A stretch of 22,545 nt of DNA from an uncultured Synechococcales cyanobacterium. GTDB taxonomy: Bacteria; Cyanobacteriota; Cyanobacteriia; Thermosynechococcales; Thermosynechococcaceae. This document shows positions 1-9,614 of the stretch, one piece after another (the stretch's first letter is position 1; every line of letters starts with the position of its first letter). The DNA is taken from assembly GCA_902806435.1 (NCBI GenBank), contig CADCWO010000249.1:1-22545 (forward strand), given 5' to 3'. The position numbers were made by a program, and so were the translations under genes. The notes under the pieces are model-generated. The model saw only the letters and a program-made list of their open reading frames with translations, had not been told where the DNA came from and did no database searches.

Positions 1-2
1 CG

Positions 3-143
<141 letters not shown>

Positions 144-167
144 AAGGTGCTTAAATATTTTGATTTA

Positions 168-193
168 CCCCTGCCTTGACGCAGGGGTTTTTT
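168..193 (+). terminator. Intrinsic terminator of psbD
   Basis: Stem CCCCTGC (168-174), 6-nt loop, stem GCAGGGG (181-187), followed by TTTTTT (188-193). Confidence 0.8.
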
Positions 194-268
194 GATGTGT
201 TATATTGAGCTAAGTGCAAGGCACTATTATTCCCTTCAAGAATAAAACCGTTCAGGAATCAGGAGGTG

Positions 269-346
269 ATGCCCATGCAAGATAGTAGTATACGCCTGGG
301 TCATCAGATTGAAGTTAGCCGGCTGAGCGCCGGGGCTGTTCTCTAA
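269..346 (+). CDS. Hypothetical 25-aa small ORF (MPMQDSSIRLGHQIEVSRLSAGAVL), possibly part of an sRNA
   Basis: ATG at 269 preceded by AGGAGG (261-266) at ideal spacing. TAA at 344-346. Lies in a terminator-bounded unit between psbD and the Rrf2 gene. Too short to establish coding from sequence alone. Confidence 0.3.
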   Translation: MPMQDSSIRLGHQIEVSRLSAGAVL

Positions 347-420
347 GAGTTAGCTTGGTTTACTGGGTTAACGGCGGGGTTCCTCCCGGCAGTCTGGTTT
401 CTATCTGAAGATCCGCTACA

Positions 421-487
421 CCGCTCCTAGCACAAAAGGTTGGATAGCTTAGCTAATCCTCCTTCCGCTAGGAGCGGATAGTTTTTT
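421..487 (+). terminator. Long hairpin plus U-tract; intrinsic terminator closing the small-ORF unit
   Basis: CCGCTCCTAGC (421-431) pairs with GCTAGGAGCGG (468-478), followed by ATAGTTTTTT (479-487). An alternative pairing uses the duplicated CCGCT at 413-417. Confidence 0.6.
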
Positions 488-535
488 AAAGCTAGGTCAG
501 TGATCGATTCTATAAACCCCATCAGCTAACCGGGG

Positions 536-541
536 TATAAT
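536..541 (+). promoter_or_regulatory. Candidate -10 box (TATAAT) for the Rrf2-cysK transcript
   Basis: Perfect TATAAT 44 nt upstream of the GTG start at 585. No clear -35. Confidence 0.35.
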
Positions 542-584
542 ATGTACCAAGTAATTATTCAAGCTCCTAGGTATCAAGCTAGCT

Positions 585-1022
585 GTGGAACTTTCATGTA
601 AAAGCGAATATGCGCTGCTAGCTCTCCTGGAGCTGGCAGCTTGCCATAGTAAAGGAGAGCCACTGCAAATTCGCGAAATTGCTGCCCGGCAAAATATTCC
701 TGACCGGTATTTGGAGCAACTACTCGCTAATCTGCGGCGGTATGGCTTAGTTCGTAGTCAACGCGGTGCAAAGGGAGGTTATCTGTTAGCGCGAGAACCG
801 TGGAAGATTAGTCTTTCAGAGATCTTTGACTGTATTGAAGGACCTAACCCACCAGTTGCTGAGACTGGATGTACAACAGAGACAGTCGAAAAAGCGACTA
901 TTTTGGAAGCTTGGCAGGAAGCCCAGCAAGCTGCTAAATCTGTTCTACAAAACTATACACTTCAAAATCTATGTGAGCGGCGAGACGCCAAGCAGCAGTT
1001 GGACATTATGTATTACATCTGA
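585..1022 (+). CDS. Rrf2-family transcriptional regulator (CymR/IscR-like), GTG start
   Basis: N-terminal (M/V)ELSCKSEYALLALLELA... helix-turn-helix typical of Rrf2 proteins. 145 aa. Sits directly upstream of cysK. Confidence 0.85.
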   Translation: MELSCKSEYALLALLELAACHSKGEPLQIREIAARQNIPDRYLEQLLANLRRYGLVRSQRGAKGGYLLAREPWKISLSEIFDCIEGPNPPVAETGCTTETVEKATILEAWQEAQQAAKSVLQNYTLQNLCERRDAKQQLDIMYYI

Positions 1023-1084
1023 GTTTAATTAGCGAAGCTACTGGTACTTAGTATTCATACTTATCGAGGTTCAATCCCTAAGCC

Positions 1085-2041
1085 ATGCAAATTGCTCATG
1101 ACATAACGGAACTTATTGGTCGTACTCCCCTTGTCCAGTTAAATCGCATTCCGCAGAGTGAAGGATGCGGGGCGCGCATTATTGTCAAACTTGAGAGTAT
1201 GAATCCTGCCGCTTCTGTTAAAGACCGGATTGGCATTCATATGATCAATAAAGCGGAGCAGGAGGGGTTGATTACGCCAGGTAAAACCATCTTGGTCGAG
1301 CCAACCTCTGGAAACACCGGTATCGCCTTAGCGATGGTTGCTGCCGCCAAAGGATACCGCTTAGTTCTAACGATGCCAGAGACCATGAGTGCTGAGCGAC
1401 GGGCTATGCTGCGGGCCTATGGCGCTGATTTGGAGCTGACCCCTGGTATTGAGGGGATGAGTGGCTGCATCCAGCGGGCACAGCGAATTGTGGAGTCAAC
1501 TCCTAATGCCTTCATGCTGCAGCAGTTTCGCAATCCTGCCAACCCGCAGATCCACCGGGAAACAACAGCGGAAGAAATTTGGGCGGATACGGATGGTGAA
1601 GTTGATATTTTGATAGCTGGAATCGGCACTGGTGGTACGCTCACCGGGGTGGCCGAAGTGATAAAACAACGCAAATCTAGCTTTAAGGCGATCGCGGTAG
1701 AACCTACATCGAGCCCTGTACTTTCAGGCGGCCAACCAGGGCCGCACAAAATTCAAGGTATTGGTGCCGGGTTTATTCCTCCGGTTCTTCGAGTTGATTT
1801 GATTGATGAGGTAATTGCAGTTACAGATGAGCAAGCAATCGATTATGGTCGTCGGCTTGCCCGTGATGAAGGGCTACTTTCAGGTATTTCATCAGGCGCA
1901 GCGTTGTACGCCGCAATTAAAGTCGGGAAGCGTCCAGAAAATAAAGGAAAGCTGATCGTAATGGTGCAACCTAGCTTTGGAGAGCGCTATCTCAGTACGC
2001 CGTTATTTCAAGAGCCAGAACTGGCTGTCTCAACAGTCTAA
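1085..2041 (+). CDS. cysK: Cysteine synthase A (O-acetylserine sulfhydrylase), PLP-dependent
   Basis: 318 aa. PLP-lysine motif SVKDRIG, glycine loop GIGTGGT, full-length match to the fold-type II PLP family. Confidence 0.95.
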   Translation: MQIAHDITELIGRTPLVQLNRIPQSEGCGARIIVKLESMNPAASVKDRIGIHMINKAEQEGLITPGKTILVEPTSGNTGIALAMVAAAKGYRLVLTMPETMSAERRAMLRAYGADLELTPGIEGMSGCIQRAQRIVESTPNAFMLQQFRNPANPQIHRETTAEEIWADTDGEVDILIAGIGTGGTLTGVAEVIKQRKSSFKAIAVEPTSSPVLSGGQPGPHKIQGIGAGFIPPVLRVDLIDEVIAVTDEQAIDYGRRLARDEGLLSGISSGAALYAAIKVGKRPENKGKLIVMVQPSFGERYLSTPLFQEPELAVSTV

Positions 2042-2391
2042 ATGGCTTCAACAGGCACCTGACTCAGGTTGAACACTTCAAAGCCATTCCTATCCCTGCC
2101 AATCCTTACTTTGCTTCAATTTTAAGGTCAAGTTGTAGGTACCGGTAAGCAAATTTGCGAGCCGAGGCTATCTAATAAGTAGCTTCGAGCTCGCAGATTT
2201 AATAGATGTTACTCTTAGCGACAACTTACCAGTCAAGATGAGGAACCGGTAGTGCAAAACTAAGTTATTTCATAAGGATGCGGAGAAGGTAATTGCATCC
2301 GCTTGCAGTTAGAGCCTGAGAACTAACTGAACATAGTTTTTAAGCAAAAAGCGGCTTCAGGCCCTACTATTCCTATCGATTAACCTATAGA

Positions 2392-2901
2392 TTAGCTTCT
2401 GCCGCCTAAAACCCGTTGCTTTAGTGATTGATATTCTTGAGCTAGCTCCTGCCGTCTTTCTGCAAAAAGCAGGTAGCGATAAACAAACCATGAGGCGTAA
2501 CCAAAGCCAACTAGCTCAAAGGTTGGCGCAAATAAAGGAATAGCATTGATCATGCGTAAAAGAGCGACAGTCAAAACTACGAAAGGAACTGCTGCCAAGG
2601 CAATTGCAGCTGTAGTAATCGGCTTCTTGTACTCTTGATAAACTTCGCCAAAACGCTCTGGCAAGGCAGTTAGCAGCCAAGAAATTTGATCTTTAGCTTC
2701 TTGCCATTGACCGTCGTTAGGCTGATCAGCAGGTGGCAGCTTAGAAAGTGTACCAGGCTGATCAAGGGTGACATTCATTTCAGCATTTCCAACTGATGTA
2801 TCAATCTCAAGTTCAGCAGCCTCTTGTGCTTCCGCAAGTTCAGCAGAGGTGATTTCAGGAGAGTCTGTCGGTCTTACGTCAGGGTTCATAACAATATCCA
2901 C
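2392..2901 (-). CDS. CAAD-domain membrane protein (CurT/CURT1-like)
   Basis: 169 aa. Acidic N-terminal half, then two hydrophobic helices and a WFVYRYLLF motif resembling the CAAD/CURT1 domain. Assignment from memory of the motif. Confidence 0.55.
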   Translation of the reverse strand: MDIVMNPDVRPTDSPEITSAELAEAQEAAELEIDTSVGNAEMNVTLDQPGTLSKLPPADQPNDGQWQEAKDQISWLLTALPERFGEVYQEYKKPITTAAIALAAVPFVVLTVALLRMINAIPLFAPTFELVGFGYASWFVYRYLLFAERRQELAQEYQSLKQRVLGGRS

Positions 2902-3157
2902 AAAAAGACAACTTAGGCAGCGTTAAGGTAGTTTTAGAATATAAATCTACTATTGTCTAGGCTGCAGTGATGGTAGTCGAAACTAGGCTAGTAAAACATC
3001 CTTCTTCTGGCAGCTAGTCTAGATAAAATCACTCAGCGGCTATTAGGTAATAGGCTAGTAACTTAGACAAAGTAGCAGTCAGCTTTAAGCGGTAAACCAC
3101 TTTAGCAGCTGGACAAAGACCTTACTAATCCACCATTTTTCTGATTTTAGCGATCCC

Positions 3158-3185
3158 CTACCTATTGGCTACCGTCAATAGGTAG
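3158..3185 (-). other. Perfect 10-bp stem hairpin 40 nt downstream of the ftsH stop
   Basis: CTACCTATTG (3158-3167) pairs with CAATAGGTAG (3176-3185), 8-nt loop. No canonical U-tract on the minus strand. Confidence 0.35.
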
Positions 3186-3224
3186 AGAATTCTGCTTTCA
3201 GGTGTGCTAGAGCTTAATTACCGC

Positions 3225-5108
3225 CTAATGCGCTGCTACTGGAAGCTGCTCACTTGCAGATTTCACCTGGTTAAGTAGCGTTTGAAGAGCTTCACCTTCA
3301 ACAACCTCTGTCTCCAAAAGTTTGGTTGTAATTGTTTCCAGCAAATCTCGATTTCGCTTCAAAATATCTAAAGCTTGTTGGTGAGCAGTTTCAACAATTT
3401 CTTTGATTTCTTGATCAATAGCTTCCGCAGTTGTCTCACTAACGGTGCGACGTTGAGTGGACATACCATTACCTAGAAACGTCGTTTGCTGTTGCTCGTA
3501 AGCCTGCGGCCCCAAAACCTTGCTCATCCCGTAGGTCATTACCATACGTTCTGCTAGATCAGTTGCTCGTTGCAAGTCATTCGAGGCACCGGTTGTAATG
3601 CTGCCAAACACTACTTCCTCTGCCGAGCGCCCACCCAGCATCGTGGCAATTTGACCACGAAGTTCGGCCTCATCTAACAGGAAACGATCTTCTGTGGGTG
3701 ACTGGAGCGTATAACCAAGAGCTGCCATTCCCCGTGGCACAATTGAGATTTTTTCTACGCGATTGCTACCCGGTATCAATGCCCCAACCAAGGCATGGCC
3801 TACTTCATGGTAGGCAACAATTTTTTTCTCTTTTTCGTTGAGAACCCGGCTTTTCTTTTCTAATCCGGCAACAACTCGCTCAATCGCCTCGGCAAAGTCT
3901 TCCTGGGCAACGGCCAGCCGCTGGTTTCGAGCAGCTAATAGTGCAGCCTCGTTGACAAGATTTGCTAAGTCAGCACCAGCAAAGCCTGGGGTGCGAGTAG
4001 CGATCGCTTTTAAATCAACATCATCACCTAACTTGACCTTCTGGGAATGGATTTGCAGAATTTCCTTCCTTCCGGCTAAATCAGGACGATCTACCAGTAC
4101 TTGCCGATCAAACCGTCCAGGACGGAGTAAGGCTTGGTCTAGCGTTTCTGGACGATTGGTTGCGGCCAGGACGATCACCGTTGCGCCACTGGCATCAAAC
4201 CCATCCATCTCTGTCAATAACTGGTTCAAAGTTTGTTCGCGCTCATCGTTACCACCGTAGAAGCCACCACTAGAGCGAGACTTACCAATCGCATCGAGTT
4301 CATCGATAAACACAATACAAGGGGCTTGCTTTTTGGCTTGTTCAAATAGGTCACGCACCCGTGAGGAGCCAACTCCGACAAACATTTCGACAAACTCAGA
4401 ACCAGAGATGCTAAAGAAAGGAACACCAGCTTCTCCAGCAACAGCTTTCGCCATCAGAGTTTTACCTGTGCCGGGAGGACCAACGAGTAGTACACCTTTA
4501 GGTATCCGGGCTCCAATTTGGGTAAACCGAGCTGGGTTTTTCAGAAACTCTACCACTTCTACTAACTCAGTTTTCGCTTCTTCGACACCGGCAACATCCT
4601 TGAAGGTAGTTTTGGTCGCTTCCCCTTCGACGTAAACTTTTGCCTTACTTTTACCAATCGAAAGTACGCCTTGACCCCCACCGGCGTTCCGGCCAATGAA
4701 GAACTGCCAGATGGCGACAAAGATTAGAGGTGGGATGACCCAACTCAGCAAGCTGTTAAACCATCCATTCTTAGCAGGGGGAGCTGCCGCAAACTCAACC
4801 CCCTTTTCCTCGAGTAACTTTGGTAACTCCAGGTCAAAAATGGGTGTGGTCGCAAAGACTTGGCTGGGTTGATTACTATCAGGCTCAGATTTGAGCTGGT
4901 AGCGAATCTCATTTTGACCGATGGAAACTCCTCTAACTTCTCCAGTGTCGACTTGATGAATGAACAAGCTATAGGGTACGCGGGGAATCTGAGGACCGAA
5001 CAACCCAGGCAAAAACAAATTTACTAACAAAAATAAACTTGACACTAATAGCAAAATATTAGTGATTTGGCGAGAGCGCGGCGGTCTAGGTTGGTCTTTA
5101 ATAGCCAT
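3225..5108 (-). CDS. ftsH: ATP-dependent zinc metalloprotease FtsH (paralog not assignable)
   Basis: 627 aa. N-terminal transmembrane segments, Walker A GPPGTGKT, zinc site HEVGHAL. Confidence 0.95.
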   Translation of the reverse strand: MAIKDQPRPPRSRQITNILLLVSSLFLLVNLFLPGLFGPQIPRVPYSLFIHQVDTGEVRGVSIGQNEIRYQLKSEPDSNQPSQVFATTPIFDLELPKLLEEKGVEFAAAPPAKNGWFNSLLSWVIPPLIFVAIWQFFIGRNAGGGQGVLSIGKSKAKVYVEGEATKTTFKDVAGVEEAKTELVEVVEFLKNPARFTQIGARIPKGVLLVGPPGTGKTLMAKAVAGEAGVPFFSISGSEFVEMFVGVGSSRVRDLFEQAKKQAPCIVFIDELDAIGKSRSSGGFYGGNDEREQTLNQLLTEMDGFDASGATVIVLAATNRPETLDQALLRPGRFDRQVLVDRPDLAGRKEILQIHSQKVKLGDDVDLKAIATRTPGFAGADLANLVNEAALLAARNQRLAVAQEDFAEAIERVVAGLEKKSRVLNEKEKKIVAYHEVGHALVGALIPGSNRVEKISIVPRGMAALGYTLQSPTEDRFLLDEAELRGQIATMLGGRSAEEVVFGSITTGASNDLQRATDLAERMVMTYGMSKVLGPQAYEQQQTTFLGNGMSTQRRTVSETTAEAIDQEIKEIVETAHQQALDILKRNRDLLETITTKLLETEVVEGEALQTLLNQVKSASEQLPVAAH

Positions 5109-5572
5109 TTATGATTAGCACTCCTTGGGAGGTAGCGTAAAATTATTTTCTGCAAATACCACCGCACAGGTTGGGCCAGGGTGGTAACGGGGTAAATAGT
5201 GACTGCTTTAATCACTCAAAACTTCGTTTAGGCCGAGTTAAGGTCTATTGGTTGATCCTGTAACAAGCCCACCAATCTTAGTCAGAATCACTAGTTGAAA
5301 GATGACGCGGAGCAAAATGGAAGTGGTAGTCATCTTTCTGGCAGGTCGAAGTACATTAGGCAACTATACGTCATGGTCATCATGAAAAATCTTGCCATCT
5401 ATTGTTAACAAACGTAACAATTTTGCTTTAACTTATGCAATGTACTTTTAGACTAGTCCGCTAGGTAGAGCGTAAAGTGGATAGCTTAGCAGCAAGGTCT
5501 AAAGACAAGAAACAACTCTCACTACTATTAACTGGATTCAGTAGCTAGAGAAGTCTTAAAGCTCTCACAAAA

Positions 5573-6820
5573 CTATAAGCTGTGATGCAAAAGAAGTAAG
5601 TCAGATTCAATTTCGCGTGGATATAACAACCAAGCGCGTTGAAACGGTTGAGCTAGCGTTTGAACTAAAGGAGACACTTCACTAATTTCTTGCAGTCCTG
5701 CGGGCGTCTGCAATTCAATACCGTGTTGGTAAAGGGTATAGCCGCGGCTTAAAGCTACCCGCAACCCAGTATAATAAGCCGCGGCGAAGCCTGCCTGCTC
5801 TAGTAACTGCTGTGTTTGTTGTTGTAAAATCTCTCGCTTTACGTTGTCGAGAGTAGTCACATCAAGTGCCTTTAAAAGATCCCGGTCTAGAAAGCGACGG
5901 CAAAGGTCCGCTAGAACTGGATCACCGCTTTCGCGCCAGCGCTGAATGTGGTAACTAAACACACCATCATCTGCTGCTAAGTACTGAGCTAGCGGTAACT
6001 GGTTACAAGGTTGTGTCAACCAGGCACGAACAGTGGCATCTGCTTCCAGGTGACTCAGTTGGGTTTTAGCACGGATCAAGGCCTGTTCTAAAACCCAGGA
6101 AGCAGCGATATTTTTGGGATGATTATAGACTTGGGCATACATGAAGTAGCGCACAACCAGGTAGTGCTCAATCGCGGCTAGACCTTTGCGGGCAACCACC
6201 AATTTCTGGCTCTGGGGCTCGTAGTTGAGAGCCATCAGGATCCGGTCCAAGTCGAGTTTGCCGTAGGATGCCCCAGTGAAATAGCTATCGCGCATCAGAT
6301 AATCTAGGCGATCGCAATCTAGTTGACTTGAAATCAACTGGCAAACTAACGGCACTGGATATTTTTTAAGATAAACCTGTTGTAAATCCGCCGCTAAATT
6401 GGGATGAAACTGATCCAGGCGTTGACGTACTGGTTGAGACTCGCTGAGGATACGCCGGGTCCAAAGTTCGTGGTTACCCCCAAAAATATCTTCCCCTGTA
6501 TGGCTAAAGGGACCGTGGCCCAGGTCATGGAGCAGGGCTGCACACAGTACTAGGGGCCGCTGTGGTTGCAATTCTGGGTGAGCTTTAGCTAAACGATCAA
6601 AGATCTGCCGGGTGACAGCCATGGCTCCTAGAGAGTGCGTAAAACGCGAACCCTCAGCCCCATGAAAAGTTAAACTCGCTGTGCCCAGCTGCCGGATGCG
6701 GCGCAAGCGTTGAAAGGCAGGTGTGTCAATTAAGGCAATCAGTAAAGCTTCCGCTGGATCACTTCCCTCTAGCGTAATTGCCCCATGCAACGGATCATGG
6801 TAAGTCCGGCTAGGAAACAC
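5573..6820 (-). CDS. HD-domain phosphohydrolase (dGTPase-like)
   Basis: 415 aa. HD motif ...LLHDLGHGPFSH..., N-terminal FTHSLG. Confidence 0.8.
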   Translation of the reverse strand: MFPSRTYHDPLHGAITLEGSDPAEALLIALIDTPAFQRLRRIRQLGTASLTFHGAEGSRFTHSLGAMAVTRQIFDRLAKAHPELQPQRPLVLCAALLHDLGHGPFSHTGEDIFGGNHELWTRRILSESQPVRQRLDQFHPNLAADLQQVYLKKYPVPLVCQLISSQLDCDRLDYLMRDSYFTGASYGKLDLDRILMALNYEPQSQKLVVARKGLAAIEHYLVVRYFMYAQVYNHPKNIAASWVLEQALIRAKTQLSHLEADATVRAWLTQPCNQLPLAQYLAADDGVFSYHIQRWRESGDPVLADLCRRFLDRDLLKALDVTTLDNVKREILQQQTQQLLEQAGFAAAYYTGLRVALSRGYTLYQHGIELQTPAGLQEISEVSPLVQTLAQPFQRAWLLYPREIESDLLLLHHSL

Positions 6821-8054
6821 CAGCTAGCACCGGATTAGTAACCAATAGCTTAACTGCTGCTTGATATTGCGGGTCTGTGTCAGTACCGACCTGTTGCCGC
6901 GACTCAATATTTGCCGACACGACATGATCCGGAATAATCCCAGTTTTATTGATATCGTGATGATTTGGTGTTTCGTACTTGGCGATCGTCACCGCCAAGC
7001 CGGAACCATCGGACAGGTTGAACAACGACTGAATTAGTCCCTTGCCAAAGGTACGCTCACCGATCAGCTTTGCCCGCTGGTTATCTTGAAGGGCTCCAGC
7101 GAGGATTTCACTAGCACTAGCTGTTCCTTGATTCACTAAAACGACTAGAGGATCATGAGTCAGTGCCTGCCCATCTGCAGTAAAGTCGCCCAGAACCCCA
7201 TAGCGATTAACAGTGTAGACAACGGTACCGTGATCTAACCAGAGGTTAGCTATCTCAATTCCTGCCTGTAGTAGTCCTCCAGGGTTACTGCGTAGATCCA
7301 AAACATACCCATTGGCTCCCTGCTCTTCTAGCCGCTTAATAGCCTTAGTCATACTTGCAACGGCATTGGCATTAAATTGGCTCAGCCGAATATAGCCAAT
7401 TGCAGGTCCCCCAGATTGAGGTCGCAGTTCCGCTTGAACTGGATTAAGGGCAATGCGATCGCGCTTCACCTGAAGATCTAAAGATTGACTACTAGACTGT
7501 TGAGTTTGATGAGCAATTCTTATTCTGACTGAGGTTCCTAGTGGCCCTCGCATCCGCTCTGCAGCCTCATCTAAAGCCATCGCTGTTGTGGAAAAACCAT
7601 CAATTTCTAAAATTGCATCATGGGGCTGAATACCTGCCTGCTCAGCTGGGGAACCTTGAATTGGTGCGATTACTTCTAACTGCTTAGTCTCAGGATTCAA
7701 GCCAATTTGCAAGCCCACCCCAGTTAGCTCGCCCGCAGTGCTAGTTTGCAAACTACGGTACTGATTCGGTTTCAGTAGCCGGGTAAAGGGATCATCAAGA
7801 CTGGCCAGCATTTGCTCAATAGCTGCATAAGTATTCTCACGACTTTGCAAAGGCTTTTTCAAAGCTTTCTGCCGGACTAACCACCAGTTCTGACTATTAA
7901 AGCCATCATCAAGGTAAGCTTGACTGACAATTCCCCAGGCTTCATTAAAAAGTTTCTGCTCCTGTGTGAAGGCATAGGCAGGGGATGGTAGCCAGCAAAG
8001 CGTAACAAGTTGCAATATTAGGAGTACGCTAACCCAAAAAACTCGTTTGACCAT
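6810..8054 (-). CDS. Carboxyl-terminal processing protease (S41 peptidase, PDZ domain)
   Basis: 414 aa. N-terminal signal peptide. Catalytic-region motif GTASASEILAGAL. 11-nt overlap with the downstream HD gene suggests an operon. Confidence 0.9.
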   Translation of the reverse strand: MVKRVFWVSVLLILQLVTLCWLPSPAYAFTQEQKLFNEAWGIVSQAYLDDGFNSQNWWLVRQKALKKPLQSRENTYAAIEQMLASLDDPFTRLLKPNQYRSLQTSTAGELTGVGLQIGLNPETKQLEVIAPIQGSPAEQAGIQPHDAILEIDGFSTTAMALDEAAERMRGPLGTSVRIRIAHQTQQSSSQSLDLQVKRDRIALNPVQAELRPQSGGPAIGYIRLSQFNANAVASMTKAIKRLEEQGANGYVLDLRSNPGGLLQAGIEIANLWLDHGTVVYTVNRYGVLGDFTADGQALTHDPLVVLVNQGTASASEILAGALQDNQRAKLIGERTFGKGLIQSLFNLSDGSGLAVTIAKYETPNHHDINKTGIIPDHVVSANIESRQQVGTDTDPQYQAAVKLLVTNPVLAGVS

Positions 8055-8247
8055 GCTGCTAATTTTAACTTGACCTCAATCAATTAACTACTGGCCGCCG
8101 GTTTACAGGAATGCTCACTATGCCTGTTTGGTTGAGACAAGATTAAATACCTACTAGTAGGGACCGCGATTTAGTTTTCTAATATTGCTGTTTAGACTAT
8201 GTTACATTTTTCATAGAAAACAACCTATTTTCAGGAACTCTTGCTTC

Positions 8248-8916
8248 ATGTTTTCTAAGCAGGTAACCGATTCAAAAGTCTATAACTGGTTTCAGGAACG
8301 CCTTGAAATTGAGGCGCTTGCTGAAGATGTTACTAGCAAGTATGTCCCACCTCACGTTAATATCTTTTACTGCTTTGGTGGCATTACTTTAGTTTGCTTT
8401 TTGATCCAGTTTGCAACTGGATTTGCAATGACGTTTTATTACCACCCGACTGTCACTGAGGCTTTTTCATCAGTGCAGTATTTGATGACTGATGTCAACT
8501 TTGGTTGGCTAATTCGTTCTGTCCATCGCTGGTCTGCCAGCATGATGGTACTGATGATGATTCTGCATACGTTCCGGGTATATCTCACAGGTGGCTTTAA
8601 GAAGCCCCGGGAATTGACCTGGGTAACGGGTGTTATTTTGGCCGTTATTACAGTTTCATTTGGTGTGACTGGTTACTCACTGCCTTGGGATCAGATTGGC
8701 TACTGGGCCGTGAAGATCGTTAGCGGTGTGCCAGAAGCCATCCCAGTTGTTGGTACAACTATCTCAGACCTACTGCGCGGCGGTCCTAGCGTTGGACAGG
8801 CTACCCTAACCCGTTACTACAGTGCTCATACCTTTGTGTTGCCCTGGTTGACTGCCGTGTTTATGCTGCTACATTTTCTGATGATTCGTAAGCAAGGCAT
8901 CTCAGGTCCCTTGTAA
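8248..8916 (+). CDS. petB: Cytochrome b6
   Basis: [21 protein letters not shown]...[11 protein letters not shown], 222 aa. The ORF track starts 63 nt upstream; the conserved N-terminus places the start at 8248. Confidence 0.95.
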   Translation: MFSKQVTDSKVYNWFQERLEIEALAEDVTSKYVPPHVNIFYCFGGITLVCFLIQFATGFAMTFYYHPTVTEAFSSVQYLMTDVNFGWLIRSVHRWSASMMVLMMILHTFRVYLTGGFKKPRELTWVTGVILAVITVSFGVTGYSLPWDQIGYWAVKIVSGVPEAIPVVGTTISDLLRGGPSVGQATLTRYYSAHTFVLPWLTAVFMLLHFLMIRKQGISGPL

Positions 8917-9001
8917 CGACGTAAGCTGCAGTTAACAGTCCAATTGGTTGCCGAGGTATTATTGTTAAACTTGCTGACCTCTAAGGAGAGCACTTTAAAT
9001 T

Positions 9002-9487
9002 ATGGCAAAAGTACAGAAAAAACCAGAACTAACTGACCCTTTGTTGCTGGAAAAGCTTGCGAAAGGCATGGGTCATAACTACTACGGTGAGCCCGCTTGG
9101 CCGAATGACTTACTTTATATTTTCCCTGTGGTGATTATGGGGACTATTGCCTGTTGCGTAGGGTTATCAGTTCTAGACCCAGCAATGGTTGGAGAGCCTG
9201 CTGATCCTTTTGCTACCCCCCTGGAAATTTTGCCAGAGTGGTATCTGTATCCAGTTTTCCAGCTACTACGGATTGCACCAAATAAGTTGCTGGGTGTTGC
9301 GCTGATGGGTTCTGTTCCCCTTGGACTTTTGGTGGTTCCGTTTATTGAGAACGTGAACAAGTTTCAAAACCCATTCCGTCGCCCGGTGGCTACAACTCTG
9401 TTCATGATTGGCACAGTGGTCACCATCTGGTTGGGTATCGGTGCTACATTCCCGATTGACAAGTCCCTGACCTTAGGTCTGTTCTAA
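9002..9487 (+). CDS. petD: Cytochrome b6-f complex subunit IV
   Basis: 161 aa. ...[30 protein letters not shown]... Immediately downstream of petB. Confidence 0.95.
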   Translation: MAKVQKKPELTDPLLLEKLAKGMGHNYYGEPAWPNDLLYIFPVVIMGTIACCVGLSVLDPAMVGEPADPFATPLEILPEWYLYPVFQLLRIAPNKLLGVALMGSVPLGLLVVPFIENVNKFQNPFRRPVATTLFMIGTVVTIWLGIGATFPIDKSLTLGLF

Positions 9488-9513
9488 GGCGATTTCAATT
9501 CCGTAATTTTACC

Positions 9514-9560
9514 TAGCAACCTGCGTTTCTAACTTTTAGAGTTGGGAGTGCAGGTTGCTA
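9514..9560. terminator. 11-bp stem hairpin between convergent petD and hisC (possible bidirectional terminator)
   Basis: TAGCAACCTGC (9514-9524) pairs with GCAGGTTGCTA (9550-9560). No strong U-tract on either side. Confidence 0.4.
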
Positions 9561-9614
9561 AATGTTAGAGGCTGGCTCAAGAAGAATTGGTTGCTCAAAC
9601 TTAGGGCGATAGGG

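Noticed and set aside
826-1032. 68-aa ORF overlapping the 3' half of the Rrf2 gene in another frame
   Set aside because: Fully embedded in a well-supported CDS, with no start context and low-complexity translation.
1060-1080. GGTTCAATCCC, a T-loop-like motif suggesting a tRNA
   Set aside because: No matching acceptor or D-arm could be folded from the AT-rich upstream sequence. It is the cysK ribosome-binding region.
1417-1749. 110-aa antisense ORF inside cysK
   Set aside because: Antisense to a highly conserved gene, with a proline/serine-rich translation typical of GC-skewed noise.
2041-2391. Multiple short hairpins in the 350-bp convergent spacer between cysK and the CAAD gene, as a possible sRNA
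   Set aside because: Stems are short or imperfect and lack U-tracts. Nothing distinguishes them from ordinary 3'-UTR structure without expression data.
3838-4635. Three ORFs (140, 71, 100 aa) inside or antisense to ftsH
   Set aside because: Embedded in the ftsH coding region. Arg/Ser-rich junk translations.
9115-9360. 81-aa antisense ORF inside petD
   Set aside because: Antisense to a conserved photosynthesis gene.
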